DNA of 64,000 nucleotides, taken from NCBI RefSeq assembly GCF_964194155.1, contig NC_135916.1:1612001-1676000 (forward strand). The letters are read 5' to 3'. The notes beneath the pieces were generated by a model that saw nothing but the letters and a program-made list of their open reading frames with translations, did not search any database and was not told the DNA's origin. The position numbers were made by a program, and so were the translations under genes. Shown in pieces: positions 1-11,129 of this stretch (positions are counted from its first letter, which is position 1; each line of letters starts with the position of its first letter). This DNA is from Cetorhinus maximus (taxonomy: Eukaryota).

Positions 1-639
1 TTTGACTATTGGATTGAGCATATGTATCTGGTATGACTTCAACTTGACTCTGACTATTTCTGTTCGTGGTGATGGTGGAAATGATGTTCTGTCTGTATCT
101 GTGCACTCTGTGAATAATATCATACCTGCTGTCAGTAAGAATGAGATGGCTGCACTTTTATTTTGGTTGGGAAATCAACAGCTTGAAAACGATCCCTTCA
201 TATATTTGCCTAGAGGAAGAAACATATCTCTTGTAAGTCAAGATCAGCTGAGGTTTTGAAAGAAAATAGATCAACGTAACCTGTCAACTGATAATCAATT
301 TTTATAATGCTCGACAAATCATCAAGAACAATTATAAAGTACAGTCCCTGATTCCACTTCAGCAATCTGCTTCGTTACTTTTCAAACAATTGAGAAACAT
401 TCAGAAACAATCCTGGCCTGTCCTCCTCCAAGGATGTCACTACCCGCGGGGACAGAGACATTGATGCAGGTCAGGTTTCAATCTCCAGCTCCCACTGTAA
501 GAGCCGTCAACTGAAACTAACAGCCGCTGCGACAATGTTTCTTTAACATTTATCACTTGAAAAGCTGGTGCCTGCGATGGGTGATATTTAATTGATTGTT
601 CCCCATCCTCACGGTGCGCCTGTTTCCACTGTTCACTGT

Positions 640-1322
640 CCAAATCCCGACAAGTTGCATGAATCAGCAGCTATACTTGGAATATGCATTACAGGATTGA
701 GGGGAGGATATCCCAATAGTTTTCAATTGCAGCTTGCTCAGGTTCTGTCTCCCTCAGCAGGGCCACACACAGCCCCAGAAAGGCCTCTCCCCGACCACCC
801 GCTCACTCCAAGTTCCGGAACACGTTCCCGCTCCGCTCCGCCTCTTACAAACAGCCCCCGGTTCCCCCTGAACTTACCCCGAGTCAATGATGATTTCTGT
901 GTCCACACTGACAAACCGGGGCCCTGCTGGAATCAGAACGCTGTTTACTCGCTTATCCGGGCCCTAATATTTCCTTTTCTATCTGTTTGAAACAAAGGTC
1001 TCCCGCTCACTGAGTGAAAAGCTTCAAGGGCGGAGTCTGGGATCAGGGTCGCGCATGCGCTCTTCTAGCCATGTCTGAGGAGCTGAATGAAAACAGGAAT
1101 GCGCATGCGTTTTTCTGAATTAAACGTCACCGAACAAACGTCATTTGCTCCTCCCCTCAGAAAATGCTCTCCAGCTTGAGCATCACAATGGGTCTGTGTG
1201 GAACGGGCAGAGTTTCAGGCAGGTGGACGATTCCTGTATGAAGCTCAAACTGATATCGCTCCCTGCAGCATCTTTGCTGTTCATTCACCGGTTTAGGAAA
1301 TCAATCCGCCCAGTGAATCTAT
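640..1322. promoter_or_regulatory. CpG-rich promoter-like island, copy 1 (NRF1 sites, GC box, minus-strand splice donor)
   Basis: GCGCATGCGC at 1051-1060, TGCGCATGCG at 1100-1109 and GGGCGG at 1028-1033. ACTTAC at 872-877 reads GTAAGT (donor) on the minus strand. Repeated at ~20383-21065 and ~33497-34145. Confidence 0.5.
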
Positions 1323-1325
1323 GTC

Positions 1326-1444
1326 ACAAAAAAAACATAAAATGCTGGAAAAACTCAGCAGATCTGACTACATCTGTGCAGAGGAAGAATGTCTCTCCCC
1401 GCTCCACCCCCTTGAGGTTTTCCTGCATTTTTTGGTTTTGTTTC
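1326..1444. mobile_element. Short Penelope-derived hairpin element remnant (truncated by a deletion)
   Basis: aaatgctggaaaaactcagcagatctgactacatctgtg matches the pLTR-like sequence at 29100 and 39432. The full TSD-flanked paralog is at 21066-21227. Confidence 0.55.
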
Positions 1445-1781
1445 CTCCTCCTCTTTTACCCCGTCCGCTGTTTAGCCTGAAGATTCTATAGACCGGAATG
1501 TTGTGCTGCCAATCCTGCCTTTCCCTCAACCAATGATGGCTTCTATATCACAATTCCTCGTGGCAATCCTCACCCTTAACTTATCCGTTTTACCTTCAAT
1601 ACGCCTGGCACTAAAGTTGAGGCCATCCAACCTTGCCTTACTTCATTGAAGATTATTGCAGCTGTACTTCCTCTGTCTTGATTGTTTTACTGGATTATGA
1701 TGTGTCCCTATTCTTCTAACATTCTGTGTCCCCACCACCTCCCGAATTATATAAACCCCTCCCAGTAGCACTAGCCTATCT
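1445..1781 (-). mobile_element. CR1 LINE fragment (ORF1/ORF2 junction and start of the endonuclease)
   Basis: Paralog of 24397-24742, whose minus strand encodes a ..DIVAITETWL..WQLNIPGY.. AP-endonuclease motif. Confidence 0.7.
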
Positions 1782-2519
1782 GTGTGTGTGCCTCTCTCTC
1801 TCTCTGCCTCTCTATCCCAATCTCTATCTCTCTTTCACTCACTATTGCTCCCTCTCGTCCTTTCTCTCTTGCTCCCTTTCGCCCCCCATCTCTCTACTTC
1901 TGGTGCTGTGAATGTTACTGATGCTGTGATCCATCCTCCATTGATATGCGTGACACCGTTAGTGTTCATCCTCTCTCAGAAATTCAGTTCTGACATTTCA
2001 TTTGATTATCTCTAATAAAAAATCGAAGTATGTTTTGAAAATCTCTGTTACTGCCGGGAACGTGACTACCCGCGAATGCGCGTTAACATATAACTGGCCC
2101 GCTTTGGTTGTTGAGGTAGGGGTACATTGCAAACTGTGAAATTGTGACCTGTCAGTTCAGGTGGAGCAACATAAACAGGGAGTTCTGGAGGGACCGGGAA
2201 CAGATAATTTATATTGTCCCCTGGAATAAACATCTTGATGTGGGCTATTCAGATAATAGCCTGAAATCACATATGATTGGTTCCTCCACGGAATCTGCGA
2301 ATCAGACAGTCTGCGGCTCCCATGTCTCAGAGTGTTAGATGTTTTTTCTGAATTTACAATATGCAGCAAATTAATAGAAAGACAAGCAAAGTTCGAAAAG
2401 AGGGGCAATTCTCTCCTGAGACCCTTACATTTGATACTAGTTTCAGCCTGTGAAGGTGCAGATGTGAACATTGTGTAAGGGAGCGTTGGAAGTGGGCGGG
2501 CGAGTCAGAGGAACGAAAC

Positions 2520-2935
2520 TGTGTTTGTGTGTCCGTTCTGATCATGAGGTTTCCGAGTGCCGCTTGCGTAAAATAAAAATATTTCCCATTCAAAAATTCC
2601 CCCTGTTCCCCAGCTTAACCCCGAAGTGAGATTTCAAGATCATTTCTGTGTTGTTTTCTAGATTTCAGTCCAAAACAAGAGGACATGTCAGCGATAGAGC
2701 GAAGGAGCCGCAGTAAATCAGGTTTAAATCGAAACTGGAGTCTTAAATTCGCGTGACATCTTTTCGACAGCAAACATTACAATGTTAGAGATAAGAAGGA
2801 TTTAGTCTGGGACACTGGAGAGCCGGAATTTCCATGGAATTGGGGAGTTTGTGAGGAGAGAAAAACACAGAGAGGCAGCAGCAGCCTGGAGCTGACAGCA
2901 GCCTGTCTCCGCCCCGTCCGCTCGCTGCCTTTAAG
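2520..2935 (+). promoter_or_regulatory. Histone H1 promoter: TG box, AC/H1 box, GC box, HINFP-like site, TATA-like element
   Basis: TGTGTTT 2520-2526, AAACACA 2863-2869, CCGCCC 2909-2914, CGTCCGC 2915-2921, TTTAAG 2930-2935. Confidence 0.7.
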
Positions 2936-3015
2936 TTGCTCAGTGCCGCCACCAGCGGCTTCATTTCAGAGGCCGTTCAGATTGACAGAGACACTTTTGT
3001 GCAGAGTCCCGGAAC

Positions 3016-3687
3016 ATGACCGATACTGCAGCCGCCGAAACGGCTCCTCCAGCCGCTCCCGCCGCCCAGGTCAAGACTCCCAAGAAGAAGAAGAAGGCGG
3101 CTCCCCGGAGCAGTGCAGCCGGTCCCAAGCTGGGCGAGCAGATCCTCAAGGTTGTGGCGGATTGCAGCGATCGCAAGGGGATGTCGCTGCCCGCGATCAA
3201 GAAGGCGCTGCGCGGCAATGGGGTGGATGTGGAGAAACTGGGCTCCCAGATCAAGCAAAGCATCAAGAGGAATGTGAAGAATGGCTTGCTGGTTCAGGTC
3301 AAGGGCACGGGCGCCTCGGGCTCCTTCAAAGTCCCTAAGAACACAACCCCGGGGAAAGTGGGAAAGAAGGCGAAGGCAGCAGCTGGCAAGAAATCTCCAG
3401 TGAAGAAAGCGGCAGCCAAGAAGGTGACAGCAAAGAAAGCAGCGGCCAAGAAAACTCCAGTCAAGAAAGCAGCGGCCAAGAAATCCCCGGCCAAGAAATC
3501 CCCGGCCAAGAAAGCAACGGCCAAGAAATCCCCAGCGAAGAAAGCAGCGGCCAAGAAAACAGCCAAGAAGGCGGCAACTCCCAAAAAGCCGGTGAAGAAA
3601 GCAGCCCCCAAGAAAAAGTCTCCGGCCAAGAAGGTGACGGGCGTCAAAAAATTGGCGATAGGGAGGGCCAAGCCCAAAGGGAGATAA
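3016..3687 (+). CDS. H1: Linker histone H1 (223 aa), replication-dependent type
   Basis: Globular domain ending [13 protein letters not shown]-rich tail with S/TPxK motifs, intronless, followed by a histone stem-loop. Confidence 0.97.
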   Translation: MTDTAAAETAPPAAPAAQVKTPKKKKKAAPRSSAAGPKLGEQILKVVADCSDRKGMSLPAIKKALRGNGVDVEKLGSQIKQSIKRNVKNGLLVQVKGTGASGSFKVPKNTTPGKVGKKAKAAAGKKSPVKKAAAKKVTAKKAAAKKTPVKKAAAKKSPAKKSPAKKATAKKSPAKKAAAKKTAKKAATPKKPVKKAAPKKKSPAKKVTGVKKLAIGRAKPKGR

Positions 3688-3744
3688 GCAAAGACAGCAA
3701 AGAAGGGAAAGATCCCGAGCAAATTGTAAACCTCTGAACCCAAA

Positions 3745-3785
3745 GGCTCTTTTCAGAGCCACCCACATTTCACATGAAAGAGCTG
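3745..3785 (+). terminator. Histone 3' stem-loop and HDE of H1
   Basis: GGCTCTTTTCAGAGCC at 3745-3760, then ACCCA, then purine-rich GAAAGAGCTG at 3776-3785. Confidence 0.97.
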
Positions 3786-4434
3786 ATCCCCTGATCATTT
3801 GATCCCTGTCTCCGCGCTGGGAGCTGATTTCAGGTGGAAATGTTTTATTTTCCAGTAAATCCAGTATTCCCGCTGACTGACTGAAATGCGCTTCACCCGC
3901 ACTTCCACTCCCTCCCCCAACTCCGACACTCATTCCTGCAATAACACACATCGATAACCTTTCCGATTAGTATCCGGGGTGTGTCCGAGAGCAGTTAATG
4001 TTTATCTTCCTTTCTATATTCAAATATTCAGGGTGGGAGTCTGCAATAGAGAAACCAGGTGTAAAGGAAACTCCTCACAGCTGACACCCAAACTCATTAT
4101 TTCCTCTCATTCGGTTGGGAGATGTTGGCTAAATTTCCAATCACCCTGGGAGGGGAGATGTAGGTGGGGATAAAATTGGAGCTGGGGTTGAAATCGAAGC
4201 AGAAATTGACTCGTATGGAAAGTTTATTATTGAGGCGGAAATGAGACGGACAAGACGATGTTTAATAGATTCGAGTTGCTAATTAGCTGCTTCATGATAT
4301 TCAAGTGTGTAAGTTCTGTTCAAAGCGTCTGTTCACTTCCCTTTAGAATTGGACAAAATACAATTCTGTTTCAGGCAGGCAGGAGGAGGAGCTGGTTTAC
4401 CAAAGACGTTGTTCTGTCTGTCACTCAGTCTCTC

Positions 4435-4497
4435 CCGCCCCGCCTCTCTCTCTCTCTCTCTCCCTTCCTCAGTCAGGTCGGGGCGGGTTGTATAAAA
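4435..4497 (+). promoter_or_regulatory. Histone H4 promoter
   Basis: CCGCCC boxes, a (CT)n tract, TCAGGTC H4-site-II-like element, GGGCGG, and TATAAAA at 4491-4497. Confidence 0.7.
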
Positions 4498-4544
4498 GCG
4501 GAACGTGAAGCAGCTCCCCACTCATTCAGCAGTGATTTGACTGA

Positions 4545-4865
<321 letters not shown>

Positions 4866-4898
4866 ACAAATCGACCTGACTCTGTAACAAAACCCAAA

Positions 4899-4914
4899 GG
4901 CTCTTCTAAGAGCC
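4899..4914 (+). terminator. Histone 3' stem-loop of H4
   Basis: GGCTCTTCTAAGAGCC preceded by CCAAA, with a GAGAGC HDE-like element downstream. Confidence 0.95.
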
Positions 4915-5106
4915 GCCCACAACCTCACATTGAGAGCATTGACCTCAGATCGGTAGAGGGAATCTAGTTCTATGAATACACAGCTTTGCCATCAGTGAAT
5001 TTTCCATTCACAATATAATCGTCAGTCAAACAAGTTTCATGGAATAATTTAGTTCGGTTTTCAGGATTTCGCTTCCCAGCTGAGGAACACGACAGATTCC
5101 AAAATT

Positions 5107-5166
5107 ACCCCGAGAACCACAAAGGCTCTTTTAAGAGCCACCAAGTCGGTCAGAGAAAGAGCTGCG
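5107..5166 (+). pseudogene. Orphan H3-type 3' end (stem-loop and HDE) with no CDS
   Basis: GGCTCTTTTAAGAGCC at 5124-5139 in the same context as the H3 3' end at 41296-41335. HDE GAAAGAGCTG follows. No upstream H3 ORF. Confidence 0.85.
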
Positions 5167-5546
5167 ATCTCTTGTTAAAAACTCCAGCACCTAAAACCCT
5201 CAAAGCTACAATTTATTTTCTTTCCTTTTGATTACCCGGTTCCCTCCCTCTGCTGCATTTGGGGTTATGAGGTGATTCCGTTTATATTTGTTTGTAATTT
5301 TACATCATTTAGTTGGAAATGGGATGAGTTAATTATTCAAAGAACATTTCCCTGAACATTGGCAATTGGTCATATATAGATGCAGCACAGACTCCTCATG
5401 TCTGGAAAAGGCAACAGCACCAGCGTCTCGTTGTAACCAGCGCTTTCACAGATCGCATTAGAAATATAAAGTCATTCCGAATCGATAGGGATGTTATCGC
5501 ACATACGGATAGACAACAGGTCGCCCCTTTCACTGATCAAGTGAGT

Positions 5547-5562
5547 GGCTCTGAAAAGAGCC
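5547..5562 (-). terminator. Histone 3' stem-loop of H2A
   Basis: Reverse complement reads GGCTCTTTTCAGAGCC, 30 nt after the H2A stop. Confidence 0.95.
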
Positions 5563-5592
5563 TTTGGGTTCTCAGTTTAAAGAATAGTCGCT

Positions 5593-6036
<444 letters not shown>

Positions 6037-6039
6037 TCA

Positions 6040-6250
6040 GTTCTCTTATACCCTCAGGAGGAATGGTGGTGCGCTCAGAGCTGATTGGTCAATTATATTA
6101 TAGCTCATAATATTCTTCATGTTACCAATCAGATTTCTGCCTGACTCACCAATGCGGGCAAGCAACGTATGAAGTCGGAAGTTAAGGGCGCCAAATCATC
6201 AGTTAAACAAACGATTATATATTTCAAACTGGAAAAGTCCGCCAAAAAAT
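6040..6250. promoter_or_regulatory. H2A promoter with a divergent (bidirectional-type) CCAAT arrangement
   Basis: Minus strand: TATAAG ~6046-6051 and ATTGG ~6084. Plus strand: CCAAT ~6125 and ~6149, CGGAAGT, E2F-like GGCGCCAAA, TATATA 6216-6221. Confidence 0.65.
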
Positions 6251-6311
6251 TAATCCAAGGAAATATCGCACAGAAATCGTCTTAGCTAAACAAAGGACAA
6301 TTCCTTTACAA

Positions 6312-6371
6312 ATGGATGTGGTGTACGCTCTGAAACGCCAGGGCCGCACTCTCTATGGATTCGGCGGCTGA
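6312..6371 (+). other. 5'-truncated H4 copy forming an intact 19-codon [22 protein letters not shown] (H4 85-103); pseudogene fragment or micro-gene
   Basis: Identical to 38795-38854. Homology to H4 begins exactly at the ATG. The H4 3' flank continues to ~6755. Confidence 0.9.
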
Positions 6372-6404
6372 ACAAATCGACCCGACTCTATAACAAAACC
6401 CAAA

Positions 6405-6443
6405 GGCTCTTCTAAGAGCCGCCCACAACCTCACATCGAGAGC
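6405..6443 (+). terminator. Histone stem-loop and HDE-like element of the truncated H4
   Basis: GGCTCTTCTAAGAGCC at 6405-6420 and GAGAGC at 6438-6443. Confidence 0.93.
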
Positions 6444-8160
6444 AAGTGACCTCAGAGCCGGAGAGGGAAAGCGAGATGTAGTTTTATATAAACACAGCGT
6501 TTCCATCTGCGCATTCTCCATTCACAAAACTATCGTGAGTCACACAAGGTTTCATGGTTTAATTTAGTTCGGTTTTCAGGAATTCACTTCCTTTCTTCCT
6601 CTCGAAGCTCAACTCCAAGCTTAGCTGACAGCTCCCAAACTAACACCGAGTCCACAAGATAAAGGCCATCATTTATTATAATATGATCAGGAGGAGCTAT
6701 TTTGAGACACAACATTCTCGCTTCTTCGCACTATTTTCACCCTGTCTTTTTTTCATTACAAACTGAATCAAACAGATATGACATACATAACATGAGTTCC
6801 TGAGTCTCATTCACAAAGACTTTGGCGGAGTTGCAGACTGAAGGCTACACCTTAGTTCACACAAAACCAATGAATGAAACCTGTCTTTGATAAATGCAAA
6901 GTTTCATGTTTAAATGTGCATCAGAGCCGGGAAACAGTAATAGATTAATTTCTTGCAGAAAATCGCCGTTAAATTTAACCCAGTCAGTACCAAACTATTA
7001 AAAGATAGGCCTCCCTTATTGTACTATATCATATTTAATTGCAAGTACCACACTCGCTTTTAAAATCAGGAATCCATTCGTGTTTAAACTCGGACCTTTT
7101 TACAGTCCTAACAGCCGGCGGAATTTCACGTTTACCGAATGCTGCGGTTAAGCAATATCGGCCTGAATGTACAAGTGTGATATTATTTTAAAAATAATAA
7201 AATTATATTATAATATTGTATCCAGATTGCAGGTTATTAATTCACTCCAATTTGAAGTGGTTCCGAATGAGTATTTATCTTGTTGCACGACTCGTGTTCG
7301 GTCTGCAGATGGAGCCAGGTCACAATAACTTGCACCTTATCGTTTCTGAACACACGTCGAGAAGCAACGGGCCTGATGCTGCTCTTGGAACTTGCCGAGC
7401 TCGCCTCCCGCCCCCCGTTAAAGAGGCAATGGTAGTGGCAAACTCACCGCCCTCCATACTGATCGGAACAAGCTGTTATATTCTGCACTTGCTGTTTTCT
7501 GCAATGGGATACTGACTTTAGCTCTGAACCTCTCCGTCACTGCAATTCATTTATGCATTTTATTCTATAGCTGTCAGGGCCTGGAAGTGACTGTGAGGTG
7601 GACTTTGCTTCTGCTGCCATCAGCTTTTGACAAGCTGTAAAAATGTTAGATTCATTCCGTGTGTATCAGTCTCTGGTGCTACACACGAAAGGTGTTATCC
7701 TTCAGCATGTGTCAGTTTGTGGTACTGTGTATGACTGCAGGATTAATACTCTAAATGTCATTTTTGTCAACCTTGCGGTGTAGAATTCATTTCGTTTCAC
7801 AATTTTTGTTTAGGAATGAGAAATTGTGTATTTCATTATGTCCTGTCGCTATCCGTGTACTGTGATCGAGCTAATTTTGCACTAAGCAGTAATCTTGTAT
7901 TATAGGTGGATTTAATTGTACCTCCGTGTATCGCTAAGTATCTCTTATGTAGTCACGAGTGGGATTAATTCTATGCCCTGGTGCAATCAGTGAGAGTGAA
8001 TTGCATCTGAATCTGTCAATATCTGGAAATAAATGTGAGGTTCAAAGAGATACTGATTGATTCAACAACTTTGAGTGAGAGTTGTTTTGTGTTCGACAAT
8101 CTGTGGCATGTTATGTGACTGTGGGTTTCCTGTGTCTTTTTGACTGTTTTTCCTTTTTTT

Positions 8161-8332
8161 NNNNNNNNNNNNNNNNNNNNNNNNNNNNNNNNNNNNNNNN
8201 NNNNNNNNNNNNNNNNNNNNNNNNNNNNNNNNNNNNNNNNNNNNNNNNNNNNNNNNNNNNNNNNNNNNNNNNNNNNNNNNNNNNNNNNNNNNNNNNNNNN
8301 NNNNNNNNNNNNNNNNNNNNNNNNNNNNNNNN
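8161..8332. other. Assembly gap (172 N)
   Basis: Run of N. Confidence 1.
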
Positions 8333-11129
8333 TGTGTGGCTCTATCACTGCATTTAATTTTCTGCTACTCTGTTTGTGATTGGATTAATGCTTTGTTTGT
8401 CCTGGGTGTGCCTGTGTTTAAGTTTTTGTGTGCGTGTGTTTGTATATGTATGCAAGAAATCTTGTGCGCATGTGTGTTTATGTATGTGTGTGTGAGTTTG
8501 CTTTGCATGTGTATCTGTGTGTGTTAGAGCATGAGTCTGCGAGTGTGTGAGTGTTTGTGTGGGAGTGTGCAGGGCTCATTTCCCATTTGTCTTCGTCCGG
8601 TACAGGATGTAGTTTTGGAATTAATTTACATGAAATTTAAGTGTCAATCCTGTGAACGTCACCTATGGTGGAATTAATTCCCTATATCTCAGTGATTGTA
8701 CCGATCGTGTATCTCAAATTTGTGCTCTGTGTATATTTTTCCTTTATTGTACATGTGTAGCTTTCTCCTGTACCTAATATGTATCCCATGCGTGTGTGTG
8801 AAATCTATTTCTTCAATGGGTTAATCTATTACTGTTTCCCGGCTCTGTTGCAGATTTAGACATGAAACTTTGCATTTATCAAAGACAGGTTTTACTCATT
8901 TGTTTTGTTTGAACTAAGGTATAGCATTCAGGCTGCAACTCGGCAAAAGCCTTTGTGAATGATAATGAGACCCTTGAAATAACATGCAGTGTATGTCATA
9001 TCTGATTGGTTCAGTTTGTAACGATTTTACGTTATGAATCATAGTGAGCATATTGACCTGGAACGTGTTGTGTATTCATGCTGTACTAATTAAAATTACA
9101 CTTTCTCCTTATTTCAGATATGGCATGAGATCTTTTGAGGGGAATTTAACGTGCCCCCAGACTCTTGGTCTTTGGAAGGGGCTGTTATGTTTTAATTATC
9201 AACTTACATATTTTGATGCATTTTCACATGTAATTTTACTGTAGCTGTCAACATCTGATCTCTCTGTACCCAATCTCTTCCTATTTTCAAAAGTCGGTTA
9301 TGGAAAAATTGATTTTATTCTGCACCACTCCATCTCTGGTATGTGTCTGTGGTTTTATAATGTGGGTGTCTGCCCCTGTTACGAGAATCCAGCTTTCTTC
9401 CGTATCTGTCAGTACCCCCTATGAGAGTGGTGATATGTTATTGACTGTACTTGTCAATATCGGCTTTATGATTCCAGCAGCGCCCCGAAGCCGAATTTCA
9501 CATTGGGAACACATGAACGATCGTCCTGATTTATCTCTATTTAATCGTTAGCAGCGGCCTCCTTCTGTGCAGGGACTAGTTCTCTGATTTGCATGGACAG
9601 GATGGTCAATAAGCATCCAGTGCAACAGGCAGTTATCAAACTATGGTCAACTGCTAGTAAGGCAGGTATGTTAATCCCTGTCTGACCATCAGACTCTATC
9701 CTAAGCTACACCATCTGCATGTAGGAACACATCACACTATAGAGATTTGAATTTGATTTTGTCACTTCCCTGTTACATCATCTAATTTAAAGTGCTTCTG
9801 CTGCGTACGTATGTTGTTGCACGGCTCACCTTCTGTCAGGAGATGGCAGCAGTTCACTTTCACTTGGATCTGGCCCTTTCTGATCAAACATCTAGAAAAC
9901 AATAGGCCTGACGCTGCTCTTGAACCTGGCCAAGCTCACCTGGTTAAAAAGACTACGACAGGGGTCAAATACTTCCGCTCCATACAGATCGACACAATGT
10001 GTTTTGTTCTGCACTTGATGGTTTTCGCAATGCAATATTCACCCTAACTGGGTACATCTCGGTCACTGGGATTCATGTATGTGTTTTATTTCATACCTGT
10101 TGTTTTCAAGCAAGGAAGTGAGATATTGTTCTGTAATTGACGGTCTTTGAGTCTCATTTCACAGCATGTGTTGACTGTTGCTGTGTGAGTGCGCTTTTTA
10201 TTCAACACTTGTCAGATATTTTGACATAAGAGACTGTGTCTTATTCGTTCCCTACCAGTTTTTTGATATTGAGTGTAACTTCTATACAGCTGTGTGCTTA
10301 TTCAGGTACGTGAATTAGATTGCCCACCAACAGCTCCCCACCCACCCCCAAACCCCGACCCACCTGTATCTATAGGTCTCCGGCGTGTGTAAAAATGACT
10401 TTGCCACGATCTCTGTCAGTTCCTGGTAAATGGGTGCCGGTGTGAGACTGCCCCTGTGAATTTCTGGTGTGTGAGCATTGATTTTATTACATAGAATTTC
10501 GTTGCTTGGAAGTGATTGGCGCTTTTCTTTTCTCTCCCCCTCTATTCGTCAGTGTGTAGCATGAGAATGTGAGTTTTTATTCTGCATCTGTCAATAACTG
10601 ACATGTGAGTGTGGGTTTCTCTTGGCATTTGTCAATGTTTGGAATGTGTGTGGTGTGTGAAGGTGAATATTACATTGGGTTATTCAGTGTCAAATCGGTC
10701 ATCGTGTGTTTGAGTCTACCTCTCAGTTTCTGACATTTAAATGTGAAAATACCTTAAAATTATCAGTTCTTTTGTATGTCAACTATATTCTGTACCTATT
10801 CATCTATTTTAGGCCAATCTAAGATTTACTCATTCTCTCAGTAATGTTATGTGGTTATGTAATCTCTGTTATGACTGAATGGACTTTTCTCTCTATCTGT
10901 CAATTATTAATGTATGAAAGTGCCAGTTGATCAGTCCACATCAGTTTCGGTCATCGATGTATTGCTTCATTCTGTACCTATCCAATTTTGCATGAACGTT
11001 TTTTTTATTAACTACTTCTCACATGATAGTCTTCGATTTAACCTGTATCTGTGAGTCTCTGGTGTGTAATTCTGGGTTTAATTTGTACCTGATGCTTTCA
11101 AGTTTGTGTGTACGGTATTCATTCCAACA

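Noticed and set aside
883-1013. Possible C/D snoRNA (ATGATGA ... CTGA)
   Set aside because: The nearest CTGA is only ~14 nt after the C box. The distal CTGA lacks a terminal stem and is deleted in copy 3.
1071-1118. Kozak-like gccATGTCTGAG resembling a histone start
   Set aside because: Only 15 codons, frameshifted in copy 3, and no histone similarity.
2977-3951. Long antisense ORFs over H1 (also 36755-37762) and over H4, H3 and H2A
   Set aside because: They are shadows of GC-rich, codon-biased histone CDSs and have no independent signals.
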